A DNA stretch of 64,000 bases, taken from Escherichia phage vB_EcoM_ESCO49. The notes beneath the pieces were generated by a model, which saw only the letters and a list, made by a program, of their open reading frames with translations, had not been told where the DNA came from and ran no database searches. The stretch lies in the sequence record OM386663.1. One strand, 5' to 3'. How positions within the stretch are numbered: position 1 is the stretch's first letter; each line of letters begins with the position of its first letter. The translations under genes and the position numbers were made by a program. This document shows positions 32,721-41,905 of this stretch, in pieces.

Positions 32721-34502
32721 TTAAAGCTGCTTGTCAATAATATTTCGAATATCACCAAGAGTTGTGTAACCGAACTGCTCAGAGTCGCTAAAGACTAAAC
32801 GTAAAGCACAAGCTGGGTGGTCAAGTACGTCTGCAAAACTCTGGAATCCATAGCCATCTACAGCTTTCAGCTTATCACCATCCCACATAGGTGCTACACC
32901 ACCAAAGGCAGACTTCTTAACACCACTATCTGTTTTAGGGTCTTTTGCAAGCATAATCTCTTTACCACCAATGCTTGCAAGAGTTGCTTTGACAGCAAAT
33001 GCAAAGGTGTCACGAGTCATGTACTGGTAAGTGTAAGAGCCTACACCAAATACTACGTTAGAGCTTGCAAAACCCATTTCATACAGACGATTCAGGATTT
33101 CGTTTGCACGTTCCAGCGTGATAGAGTCACCATAGATAAGGCCGATGTGCTCATCCAGTACCTTAAACCCTTTAGAGTTAATAGTTCCCCCAAAGATGTT
33201 GTACAGTGTCTTAATAGCTCCATCAATTTCAGCTACAGGACGTGTTACAACATTTGCAGAACCAACCATATAAGCATTCTTCAACATCACCGTATCAGCA
33301 ACTTCAAAGTCTTCTCTGTCAACAACCATTTCGTAGCCTTCTGACAGTAGCCATCCAGCAATACCATAGTCGATGTTTTCAAGCTTCATGTTCAGAACAG
33401 CATTCAACATTGTGTCGCTGGCTTCCAGCTTGCTTAGGTGCTCGTAATAAGCCTTCTTAGCACATTCTAAGTGGATTGCTTTATAACCTGTGACAATATG
33501 TACAGGGTCTCCAGAGTCAGGACGAATTACCAGTTTGCCATCACGTTCCATAATTTCTTTACGAAGTGCTGGTAAAATTTCTGACACAGCTCTCCAGAAG
33601 TTATAAGTGTCTGAAACAATACTTGCAATACCAGTTGGGTAAGTTTCTGTTAAGAAACGACGGAAGGTTTGCAACTCACCTTTAAATCGTCTTTCTTCTT
33701 CAACCAACTCGTTACCACCTTCCCAAGCAATGTTTGCACACATTACAGAGTGTTCAGTGGCTGGTACAGAGCTTCCAATATCAGAGATTGGATAGGTCTG
33801 CCCATAGATACGTTTAGCCGTGTATACAGCAGGGAAGCTATCAGTCCCTTTAAAGCTGGTTAAGTGGCCTACAGCATTGAATGCGTCATCAGTAAAGCCT
33901 GACATACCACGCATAGCAAAGTCATGGCACTGATAAGGTAAATGCAAGTCATTGTCGCAAGTAAGGTCAGCCCACTTCTTACAGATACGTTTGTAGTGTA
34001 ATGCAATAGTAGCAATGGTGCAAGCTTTCCAAATCTCAGCAGAGAAAGCATCCTCCAGATACCCTGCTACCCAATGGAAACCTGAAACAGTGTTCTGGAA
34101 GACAATCATTGGGACACGCATCGGGACAACTGTGCCTTCTTCTACAGCGTATACTTCAACCGGTAGATAACCTAAGTCGTGAAGTGCTTCCCAATGCTCT
34201 CGACCGATAGCATCTTTACCCAGAACACCATTCATGACTTCTAAGATTTCGTCAACTGCTTCTTTTTTATCACGTTCAAAGAAAGTGGCGTTCCAGTGGT
34301 CTATTAAGTAATCTTTAACAAAACGTTGAATACCAAAAGCCACTACACCATCAATTGCTAAGGGGCTGTTAAACCATTTATCACTACGTGGTGTCAGGTT
34401 GAACATCAAGTATTCTGTTGCACTAGGGTACTGGTAAACATGACCAGATTTGTAAGCATCTGCGTTTAAACCTGCTGGTACTGCATAAAGTGATTTAGTC
34501 AT
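32721..34502 (-). CDS. nicotinamide phosphoribosyltransferase-family protein (NadV or Namat-like)
   Basis: 593 aa; NAMPT-like N-terminus (DAYKSGHVYQYP) and full NAMPT length; directly downstream of a Prs-like gene. Confidence 0.7.
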   Translation of the reverse strand: MTKSLYAVPAGLNADAYKSGHVYQYPSATEYLMFNLTPRSDKWFNSPLAIDGVVAFGIQRFVKDYLIDHWNATFFERDKKEAVDEILEVMNGVLGKDAIGREHWEALHDLGYLPVEVYAVEEGTVVPMRVPMIVFQNTVSGFHWVAGYLEDAFSAEIWKACTIATIALHYKRICKKWADLTCDNDLHLPYQCHDFAMRGMSGFTDDAFNAVGHLTSFKGTDSFPAVYTAKRIYGQTYPISDIGSSVPATEHSVMCANIAWEGGNELVEEERRFKGELQTFRRFLTETYPTGIASIVSDTYNFWRAVSEILPALRKEIMERDGKLVIRPDSGDPVHIVTGYKAIHLECAKKAYYEHLSKLEASDTMLNAVLNMKLENIDYGIAGWLLSEGYEMVVDREDFEVADTVMLKNAYMVGSANVVTRPVAEIDGAIKTLYNIFGGTINSKGFKVLDEHIGLIYGDSITLERANEILNRLYEMGFASSNVVFGVGSYTYQYMTRDTFAFAVKATLASIGGKEIMLAKDPKTDSGVKKSAFGGVAPMWDGDKLKAVDGYGFQSFADVLDHPACALRLVFSDSEQFGYTTLGDIRNIIDKQL

Positions 34503-34547
34503 CTTTTAATCTCTCTCAAAATGGGGTTTTTAAGCCCCTATAAAGTT

Positions 34548-35453
34548 TTAATCAAGGTTTGCTACAGTAACTTGACCATAATGTGTTAAGCCACGGTCTT
34601 TAGCTTCCCCTAAAGAGTTTGTAGTGTAGATATGGTCAATGCCATTGTCAAGAAGGTTTTCAACATCTTTAGAGAAGATACCATGTGTTACATAAAGTTC
34701 CACACGTTTTGCACCTGCTTCACGAAGATGTTTCGCTGCTTCTATGAAGGTTCGACCACCATCACAAATATCATCAAGAATCATGACAGTTTTATCTGTC
34801 AAATCAACATCATCAAGGATTCGCATACCAGTTATTTCACCAGTCTTAAGGTTGCGTACTTTAGACATTGTGATATATGGTTTATCCACCTCTTTAGCAG
34901 TCTCTGCAATCTTCTTAGAAGCACCTGCATCTGGGGCTACTAAGTAATCAATCAGAGGGTCATTTGCATAGTGGACTGCAATCTCCTTTTGAGGAATACT
35001 TTGGAAGCAGTTGAAAAGGTTATCTGGAACGTAACTATGAGGGTCAACTGCACAGACTGCATCAAAACCCATTGCATTAACCTGTTGTGCAAACACTTTC
35101 AAAGCTGCTGCATCACCTTTAAACATGTGACGGTCGTAACGTGCATTTGGCAAATAGTAAAAGATAGCAGTCTTCATAGCAAACTTATGAGGTACTAAAT
35201 CATCAATTGCTTCTTTAGCAAGTGCCACAGCAAACAATGTGTCCTTGTCATAGCCTTTTACAATAATAACCACATTGTTGATGGATGATGCTGCATAAGC
35301 AGTAAAATCAACAAGCTCTTGTGAAAAGTGTCCACCAATCTCACCAGAAGGGAACTGGATGATGTTAAACTCTTCTTCATGAGACCCTTTTGTCGGTGAA
35401 TGAATTATAACACGAATCGATGTCTTCATAGTTTTCCCTCTCTTTATTCCCAA
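34548..35453 (-). CDS. ribose-phosphate pyrophosphokinase (Prs)-family protein (possible ADP-ribose pyrophosphokinase, Adps-like)
   Basis: 301 aa; phosphoribosyltransferase binding loop VMILDDICDGGRTF; Prs-like two-domain length. Confidence 0.65.
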   Translation of the reverse strand: MGIKRGKTMKTSIRVIIHSPTKGSHEEEFNIIQFPSGEIGGHFSQELVDFTAYAASSINNVVIIVKGYDKDTLFAVALAKEAIDDLVPHKFAMKTAIFYYLPNARYDRHMFKGDAAALKVFAQQVNAMGFDAVCAVDPHSYVPDNLFNCFQSIPQKEIAVHYANDPLIDYLVAPDAGASKKIAETAKEVDKPYITMSKVRNLKTGEITGMRILDDVDLTDKTVMILDDICDGGRTFIEAAKHLREAGAKRVELYVTHGIFSKDVENLLDNGIDHIYTTNSLGEAKDRGLTHYGQVTVANLD

Positions 35454-35851
35454 ATAACCTTTCTACGCTTTATCTGGATAATGTTCTTTTTACAATATTC
35501 GATAGCTTCATCTATTGACCCAAAACTTTCCTTCTCCACAAAGAAGCGAACTTCACCATCTTGTATCTTTTGTTCTTCGGCTGTTGGCTCTTCAAGTATT
35601 TTACTTGATACTTCTCTGTTAATCTGCATTACATACTCGAAAGAGTTCTTCTTGTACCCAACTATTTTAATGTAACCCCTCTGGCGAAGACGATTGAACC
35701 GAGTTGACTTGTTTGTCTTGGATACATCTGGAAATTCCTTGTCATGGATACTACGTATCTGTGAGCAAGTAAATGTTTTATCATAACCAAACTCATTATA
35801 CAGGACTTTTAACAGTTCAATCATAACATCACTCCCAAATAACTTTTGCAT
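35444..35851 (-). CDS. paralogue A2 of a four-gene winged-helix-like family
   Basis: Track ORF 35444..35896 trimmed to MQKLFGSDVMIELLKVLYNEFGYDKTF, matching paralogue 36315..36737; shared C-terminal motif EAIEYCKKNIIQIKRRKVIWE. Confidence 0.5.
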   Translation of the reverse strand: MQKLFGSDVMIELLKVLYNEFGYDKTFTCSQIRSIHDKEFPDVSKTNKSTRFNRLRQRGYIKIVGYKKNSFEYVMQINREVSSKILEEPTAEEQKIQDGEVRFFVEKESFGSIDEAIEYCKKNIIQIKRRKVIWE

Positions 35852-36293
35852 GTTTAACTTTAATAAGATGCTCTTTGCAGTGCTCAATAGCTTCATCTAG
35901 TGTTTTAAACATAACATCCGCGATAAAGTATCTTACGTCAGGTTGTACATCAACATCTTTAACCTCAGATAAGTTTGATTTTTGTGAACTCCCCAACTCT
36001 TCACGCGTGTTATTTAGCATCCTTGACAGTTGTATGTGCTTCTCCATAAAGGCTCGATTTAATTGATTAATACTTAGTCTACCTTTGCTTTTTACCTGCC
36101 CTACAGTCAGCAGTACACCAGACTGTCTTAACATTGTTAGATACCCACGGGTATTACTGATTGACTGGCCTCGTATAAAAAGGCTATTCTCTCTTAATGC
36201 GTCAATTGCTTCGTTAGAGTCAAAAGTGTTTTCTGTCCCGAAGGTTTTGTATAAAATCTCTATTACGTGCTTCTGTAAATTGCAAAAAATCAT
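35829..36293 (-). CDS. paralogue B2 of the same family
   Basis: MIFCNLQKHVIEILYKTFGTENTFDSNEAIDAL... matches 36715..37167; C-terminus EAIEHCKEHLIKVKHAKVIWE. Confidence 0.5.
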   Translation of the reverse strand: MIFCNLQKHVIEILYKTFGTENTFDSNEAIDALRENSLFIRGQSISNTRGYLTMLRQSGVLLTVGQVKSKGRLSINQLNRAFMEKHIQLSRMLNNTREELGSSQKSNLSEVKDVDVQPDVRYFIADVMFKTLDEAIEHCKEHLIKVKHAKVIWE

Positions 36294-36314
36294 AGTGTAT
36301 TCCTAATCAAATGT

Positions 36315-36737
36315 TTAAACTTCTTCCCAAACAATACGCTTTCTTTTTGTTTGGATAACCGTTCTCTTACAATGCTCAACTGCTGCCTCCATACTGGTAA
36401 AGTGTATGTCACCTATGAAGTATCCTACTTCACCTACACTAACCTCTTCATCCTTTTGTTGATGGCCATTACAATTTAGAAGCACATTTTTAGCTTTGCT
36501 TTCATTGATTCTCATAAGATACTCATTATTAAATCCTGTCGCTCCAACAACACTAATGTACCCACTTTTACGTAATCTGTGAGACCAATTAGCTTTATCC
36601 CTGATTGAAGCATGTGGTAGATATTTATTAAAAACCTTAGTTAGTTGTGAGCCAGAAAATGTTTTATCATAGCCAAAATTTATATACAGAACCTTCAGAA
36701 GCTCAAACATGTTATTACTCCCAAATAATTTTTGCAC
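36315..36737 (-). CDS. paralogue A1
   Basis: MQKLFGSNNMFELLKVLYINFGYDKTF...; C-terminus EAAVEHCKRTVIQTKRKRIVWEEV. Confidence 0.5.
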   Translation of the reverse strand: MQKLFGSNNMFELLKVLYINFGYDKTFSGSQLTKVFNKYLPHASIRDKANWSHRLRKSGYISVVGATGFNNEYLMRINESKAKNVLLNCNGHQQKDEEVSVGEVGYFIGDIHFTSMEAAVEHCKRTVIQTKRKRIVWEEV

Positions 36738-37167
36738 GTTTTACTTTGATAATATACTTTTTGCAGTGTTCAACAGCATCTTGGAGTGTATCAAACATCA
36801 ACTCACCAATAAAGAATTTTATGTCTGGAGACACACCTACACCACTTAAGTCTTTTTGCTGCTCTTCACGTTGGTTTCGTGGCTCTTTAAGTAAATAGTC
36901 TAGCTGAATGTGCTTCTCAATAAAACCTCTATTTAATTGGTTGATGAGCATCCTCCCTTGTTGCTTAATCTGTCCTACCACGATGAGCACACCCCACTTT
37001 CTCATCTGAGTCAAGTAGTACCTGATGTTTGCTATTGGCTGTTTTTTGATGTAATCACTTCCTTCTTGTAGGGCTTCAATAGCTTCATTTGAGTCAAATG
37101 TGTTATCTGTCCCAAACTTATTGTATAGAATCTCAATAATTCTTTTTTGGAAGCTGCAAAAAATCAT
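36715..37167 (-). CDS. paralogue B1
   Basis: MIFCSFQKRIIEILYNKFGTDNTFDSNEAIEAL...; C-terminus DAVEHCKKYIIKVKRAKIIWE. Confidence 0.5.
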   Translation of the reverse strand: MIFCSFQKRIIEILYNKFGTDNTFDSNEAIEALQEGSDYIKKQPIANIRYYLTQMRKWGVLIVVGQIKQQGRMLINQLNRGFIEKHIQLDYLLKEPRNQREEQQKDLSGVGVSPDIKFFIGELMFDTLQDAVEHCKKYIIKVKRAKIIWE

Positions 37168-37176
37168 AATTTTCTC

Positions 37177-37455
37177 TCAATCAAAAGTTACGTTTGTTAC
37201 TGCCATTGCAGATTTGCATTTTACAGGGTCTACAACGTGATAAAGTACACTACAGTTACCTGTGCTGTCTGGTACAGGCTTTACCCATTGCTGCTTTATA
37301 GTTGGTTCTCCTAAGTCTTTGTAAGAGCCGTCTGTAAAATTGTTTACCATCTCAAGTGCAATTGGTTCTGGGACATGACCACGTATCATGTACATTTCAC
37401 AACCATTACCACCATCGCTGACTAGTGGTAAAATCTCCCACTTTTCTTTAGCCAT
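37177..37455 (-). CDS. hypothetical protein
   Basis: 92-aa ORF. Confidence 0.4.
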   Translation of the reverse strand: MAKEKWEILPLVSDGGNGCEMYMIRGHVPEPIALEMVNNFTDGSYKDLGEPTIKQQWVKPVPDSTGNCSVLYHVVDPVKCKSAMAVTNVTFD

Positions 37456-37963
37456 TGTAAGTCGCCCTATAAACTGTCTCGAACTTCAACAGGAGAGATA
37501 TTGCCAAATCTGTATAGTTGTTGTCAAGCACATCTGGCATATTATTTTTGATATATTTCTCTTGCTCTTCATAGGTCATCTTAGGAGTGCTTAGAAGGTT
37601 ATCTCCTTGCTTCTGGTTATCAAGTTTAGTCTGGATAAACCAGTTTGCACAGTGATGCTCACCACCCTTTGTAACAGGTTTGTGGTGGCCTAATGTGAAG
37701 GATTGACTACCTGTGTATCTGCAAAGTTTATTGAGTACTGTAATGGTGTTCTTCACAACAAAACATTCATACAGGTTGTCTATGGTGTAGTGTGGGTAGT
37801 AGCGGAATAGTGCTCTTTCACGAGTGCTATCACGATTCCAGAGAATCATGTGATTAGAGTTTGAAGGGTCATATTGGTGGGAGTCAATGAACTCTTGGCG
37901 TTCCTCAAAGCTGAGTCTTAACACTGACATTGCAGCAGAACGTTTCAGGTTTGACAGGTACAT
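37448..37963 (-). CDS. putative HNH-type endonuclease
   Basis: 171 aa; GHHKPVTKGGEHHCANWFIQTKLDNQKQG resembles an HNH core (His-His ... Asn ... His). Weak call. Confidence 0.35.
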   Translation of the reverse strand: MYLSNLKRSAAMSVLRLSFEERQEFIDSHQYDPSNSNHMILWNRDSTRERALFRYYPHYTIDNLYECFVVKNTITVLNKLCRYTGSQSFTLGHHKPVTKGGEHHCANWFIQTKLDNQKQGDNLLSTPKMTYEEQEKYIKNNMPDVLDNNYTDLAISLLLKFETVYRATYNG

Positions 37964-38014
37964 ATTATCTCCAAAATAAAAAGGGAACCTTTACAGTTCC
38001 CTTATAGTATTTGT

Positions 38015-38335
38015 TTACTGAGCTACTTTCAAGATGCTTGTGAACGAGATTTCACTCTCATCCATAAACTCTTTTGCTTCTCCAGTAACTTTTACAAAGT
38101 TATCTAGGCAGAGAATCTTCTTATCTTTCTTGCTGTAGGTTAGCTTAACCTTTTCAATATCTTTCTTAGAGCTTTCCTCTTCATTAAAGAGCTTTACAGC
38201 TTCTTTGAATGGGAGGTATGAGCCATCATCATCGCTAATAAAACCTGTACCACAATAGTAGAAGTTATATTCTTTAGCCATAAACTGGCACAGTACGAAA
38301 ATCTGTAATTTGCGAGTGTTATAAACTTTACCCAT
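38015..38335 (-). CDS. hypothetical protein
   Basis: 106-aa ORF. Confidence 0.4.
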   Translation of the reverse strand: MGKVYNTRKLQIFVLCQFMAKEYNFYYCGTGFISDDDGSYLPFKEAVKLFNEEESSKKDIEKVKLTYSKKDKKILCLDNFVKVTGEAKEFMDESEISFTSILKVAQ

Positions 38336-38337
38336 GA

Positions 38338-38679
38338 TTATTTAGCCTTCTTATTACGTTTATGGTTACGAGCTTTCTTAGCTGCTCGTTTAATAGCTGC
38401 TGCACCAGACGGACGGTGGGCTTGTTTCTTACCACCTTTATCACGGCCTACATAGATACTTTTCATAACCTCATTAGCCAGCTTCTCCTCCATCTTAAAG
38501 TTCTGCATAAGATGAGTCACATCAACACCAGTGAGCATACCTAATGAAGCTAGTGCTGCTTTTACTTTTGATTTAAAACTATTCCAGAGTCCCATTTCAT
38601 ATCTCTCTCTCAATCTTTTCACAAATGTTTTAAGTTCTCCTTCAGTGACACCAATGGTTAAGTTTGTTCTGTAGAACAT
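38338..38679 (-). CDS. hypothetical protein with basic C-terminal tail
   Basis: 113 aa; C-terminus RPSGAAAIKRAAKKARNHKRNKKAK. Confidence 0.4.
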   Translation of the reverse strand: MFYRTNLTIGVTEGELKTFVKRLRERYEMGLWNSFKSKVKAALASLGMLTGVDVTHLMQNFKMEEKLANEVMKSIYVGRDKGGKKQAHRPSGAAAIKRAAKKARNHKRNKKAK

Positions 38680-38720
38680 TGTAAAGTGGTCTTTACCGAT
38701 AACCTACTTTACAACGAGAT

Positions 38721-39206
38721 TTACTCTGCTCTCCACTGGCAATCACCTTGCCATCCATACTCTTTTCTCCAGAGGTTTTGGTTATCAGAACCACGATATG
38801 GTTTAGCTGTTGGTTTAGATAAATCATACTTGCCATCAATCACCACGTCAATGTATTTCATCACATCAAGGTGAATTTTTTCGTGTAGTTGAAAACCTGT
38901 CCAAAGCCATATAGACTTCTCTGGATAAACAGTTTTAATACGTTTACATATATTGGTAACCTCTTGAATATTTCTATCATCCAGAGGTTCTCCACCAAGT
39001 ATTGACAAACCACTGACAGCATTATCACCCATTAGTTGGATGATTCCGTAGAGGTTTGCATAAGTAAACTCTTTACCAGCATTAAACTTCCAAGACTCCC
39101 TGTTAAAGCAGCCTTCGCAGTGATGCTTACAACCAGCTACGAAGAGGCTTACACGAACCCCTTCACCATTAGCTGTGTCAAATGGTCTAATCTCCATGTA
39201 ATTCAT
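38721..39206 (-). CDS. nrdG: anaerobic ribonucleotide reductase activating protein (radical SAM)
   Basis: 161 aa; CxxxCxxC cluster in VAGCKHHCEGCFN; immediately downstream of nrdD. Confidence 0.75.
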   Translation of the reverse strand: MNYMEIRPFDTANGEGVRVSLFVAGCKHHCEGCFNRESWKFNAGKEFTYANLYGIIQLMGDNAVSGLSILGGEPLDDRNIQEVTNICKRIKTVYPEKSIWLWTGFQLHEKIHLDVMKYIDVVIDGKYDLSKPTAKPYRGSDNQNLWRKEYGWQGDCQWRAE

Positions 39207-39270
39207 CTAGTCACCTCACCAATAAAAAGGTGGTGTAAGCCTATCAAGGCCCACACCACCTTGTCAAGTT

Positions 39271-41415
39271 TTACATAGAAACCCTATCCTTAATTTCTGC
39301 CATCTTAGCGTCATTCATTCGAGACTGACCTTTAATTTTTGTGAATGACAAGTACCCGCACACCCTGTTAATCACAGAGATATCGTGTGAATGACAAACC
39401 TCACATTCTTCAACATCAGCCTTTGGTCTGTTACCACAATGTTCACAGATTGCTAAGTCAAAGTTAAGTCCCTGATAGAAACCTTTCAACATCCCTCTGG
39501 TAATACAACTTTTAAGTGCTGATAAGTTTTCTGGATTAGCCACCCTTACATACTGGATTCTGCCGCCTCTACAGATATGGAAGAATGGCTCTTCTAAGTC
39601 CTGCTTCTCAAATGGTGTAATGTCTGCTGCAACATTCATATGGAAACTATTTGTAAAGTATTCCTTATCAGAAACACCTTTGATAACGCCAAACATATCT
39701 CTGAACTGTTTTAGCTGAGTTCCACAAAGTGATTCTGCTGGAGTGCCATATACCGCATACAAGAAGCCATCTTCGTTCTTAAACTCTTCAGTTTTCATGT
39801 TAATGTATGCCAGAACATCATATGCAAAACTACAGCTTCCAACTTCATGGAGTCGTTTACCCTCAGCAAGAACAGATAGCTCATCAAGCGCAGTAACCCC
39901 AAAAGAGGCTGTGAAAGATTTCACGATATCCCAACCAACCTTATCAGTAGGCTTCTTAGTCCCTTTGTACAGACCACCTTGCGTAAATGCAAGAGGGTTA
40001 GAACTTGCTGGCATATTAGCAATCATTTCGTAACGTTTCTTGTGGAAGCTGCGAATCATCTCTAGGTACTTATCAAGCTCTTTCCAGAAATCTAAACCAT
40101 TCTCTTTAGAATACTGGTAAATCATTGGTAAGTTCAAAGATACAGCACCAATGTTAGCACGACCAACGTAGAACTCTTCCCCATTCTCGTTAAAATATGG
40201 AGATAAGAAGGCTCTGCAACCCATCGGGGAAATTACCTTACCAGAACGCTCAAAAGCCTCTGCTACAGCACCATGACCAGATACACTTAAGAAATCTGGA
40301 TACATTGCTTTAGAGCAACACTCAATGGCTTTACTGTACAGGTGTCCTTGACAGATATTCTCATCGTGTCTCTTCTGGTCATAAATATAAACCAGTTTAG
40401 GGAATACAACAGGCTTCTTGCTCTTACCTTGTCCATTCATACGAACATCTAGGAGGGTACTTGCAATCATGTATTGTAGTCGGTTATCTTCATTGGCCAT
40501 ATCTGAGTCAAGTAACCCGAATGTCAAAGTTGTGAATGCAAAATCCCCACGGCTACAAGGCACAGTGTTTAGTTTCATTTCAAGTGACTGGAAACCTTGA
40601 GTCAGTTCAATCTGTAGCTGCTCCATGACATAATTGTGGTAATGTTCTTTAGGAATACCATAAGATGCTGCTTTCTCAGCATGATAGCGTAGAGACTTCT
40701 TAGCATATGGCACAAGTACCTTATCAATCTCTGCTAAAGTAAAACCACCAAATTGCTGTGCAGTTGCTGAAAGAACTACATCACCAATAACCTGTAATGC
40801 CGACAGTACAGACTTCGGTTCACAATATTCGATGCCAGACATTTCAAAGCCACCTTTCAGGACTTTACCAATGTCAAACAGACAACAGTTGATACCACCG
40901 AAAATTAGGTCTCTTAAATCATGGATATAGATAAACCCTTTTTCAATGGCTTCAAGTTCCTCTGGTGTTAAATGGTACTGTTTAAAGATTTCTTTAGTCA
41001 GATAACCACGAATAATTGAGCCTTTTGTAGAAATTAAACTGCTGTCAAAGTTAGCATTCTCTCTGTCACCTAAGAAGAGTGTATCTTTGGTCTTCTGGTA
41101 AAGTTCATCCCAATTTTGAGCAACTTCTTTACGGTAATTTCTATATGTTGAGTAAGACTCATAAATCTCGTGATTGACTTCTGCCAAAGCACCCTCAACA
41201 ATACTGTGAATATCATTTACTGAAATGAGTAAATTATTCTGCTTAGTGGATTTTACCAGAACCCTCATAAATGCTGACTCAAGAGCTTGGGTAACATCTG
41301 GCGGGAGTTCTTTATACCCAACCCTATTAGCTGACTTTGTGACTGCTGTTAAAACTTTTTTGATATCAGGTTCTTCGAGTGAGCCATTCTTTTTAATAAT
41401 CTGTACTTTGTTCAT
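39271..41415 (-). CDS. nrdD: anaerobic ribonucleoside-triphosphate reductase
   Basis: 714 aa; C-terminal Zn-ribbon CEHCGN...CEVCHSHD and glycyl-radical region RVCGYLS. Confidence 0.8.
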   Translation of the reverse strand: MNKVQIIKKNGSLEEPDIKKVLTAVTKSANRVGYKELPPDVTQALESAFMRVLVKSTKQNNLLISVNDIHSIVEGALAEVNHEIYESYSTYRNYRKEVAQNWDELYQKTKDTLFLGDRENANFDSSLISTKGSIIRGYLTKEIFKQYHLTPEELEAIEKGFIYIHDLRDLIFGGINCCLFDIGKVLKGGFEMSGIEYCEPKSVLSALQVIGDVVLSATAQQFGGFTLAEIDKVLVPYAKKSLRYHAEKAASYGIPKEHYHNYVMEQLQIELTQGFQSLEMKLNTVPCSRGDFAFTTLTFGLLDSDMANEDNRLQYMIASTLLDVRMNGQGKSKKPVVFPKLVYIYDQKRHDENICQGHLYSKAIECCSKAMYPDFLSVSGHGAVAEAFERSGKVISPMGCRAFLSPYFNENGEEFYVGRANIGAVSLNLPMIYQYSKENGLDFWKELDKYLEMIRSFHKKRYEMIANMPASSNPLAFTQGGLYKGTKKPTDKVGWDIVKSFTASFGVTALDELSVLAEGKRLHEVGSCSFAYDVLAYINMKTEEFKNEDGFLYAVYGTPAESLCGTQLKQFRDMFGVIKGVSDKEYFTNSFHMNVAADITPFEKQDLEEPFFHICRGGRIQYVRVANPENLSALKSCITRGMLKGFYQGLNFDLAICEHCGNRPKADVEECEVCHSHDISVINRVCGYLSFTKIKGQSRMNDAKMAEIKDRVSM

Positions 41416-41436
41416 TATTGCCCCTTTACATTCTAA

Positions 41437-41462
41437 AAAGGTCTCCGAAGAGACCCTTTCAT
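41437..41462. terminator. hairpin terminator
   Basis: GGTCTC-CGAA-GAGACC flanked by A-run and T-run. Confidence 0.45.
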
Positions 41463-41463
41463 T

Positions 41464-41670
41464 TTAAATCTTTTTAGAAAACTTCGCAAAGAGTTCTCTT
41501 AGTTTTTCAGTGATACCTAACTGTATCTCTAATATTTCAAAGATAACCCATAGTAACATGGCTCCAAACAACGAACCTTGTTCAAAGTCAGTAAATAGGT
41601 TAACAATAAACATACCAATCACAATAGCTGGTGCATCAACAACCAAACCTTCCCAAATGCGTTTAAGCAT
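41464..41670 (-). CDS. small membrane protein
   Basis: 68 aa with two hydrophobic segments. Confidence 0.4.
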   Translation of the reverse strand: MLKRIWEGLVVDAPAIVIGMFIVNLFTDFEQGSLFGAMLLWVIFEILEIQLGITEKLRELFAKFSKKI

Positions 41671-41905
41671 TATTCACCTCTGCCATAAAATTCTGTAGCG
41701 TCCCAACAGGTTTTAGGTTTTGTCCATCAGTTTTCATGATGAATGGCATCTGACGAACTGGCATCTGTGCAATATCCATTAGTTCTGATAGCTCATAATC
41801 CTGCCCTAACATTCTCACAACATGGTCAATACCACGAGCTTTTGCAAAATTCTTTGCAGTCTCACACTGAGGGCATCCAGTTTTGGAGTAAATTACATAA
41901 GTCAT
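41663..41905 (-). CDS. glutaredoxin-like protein (NrdH/NrdC-like)
   Basis: 80 aa; CPQC active-site motif in YSKTGCPQCETAK; adjacent to nrdB. Confidence 0.7.
   Translation of the reverse strand: MTYVIYSKTGCPQCETAKNFAKARGIDHVVRMLGQDYELSELMDIAQMPVRQMPFIMKTDGQNLKPVGTLQNFMAEVNNA

Noticed and set aside
34632-35198. Plus-strand ORFs opposite the Prs-like gene (34632..34943, 34744..34947, 34971..35198)
   Set aside because: They are antisense to a gene with a clear PRTase motif and lack RBSs.
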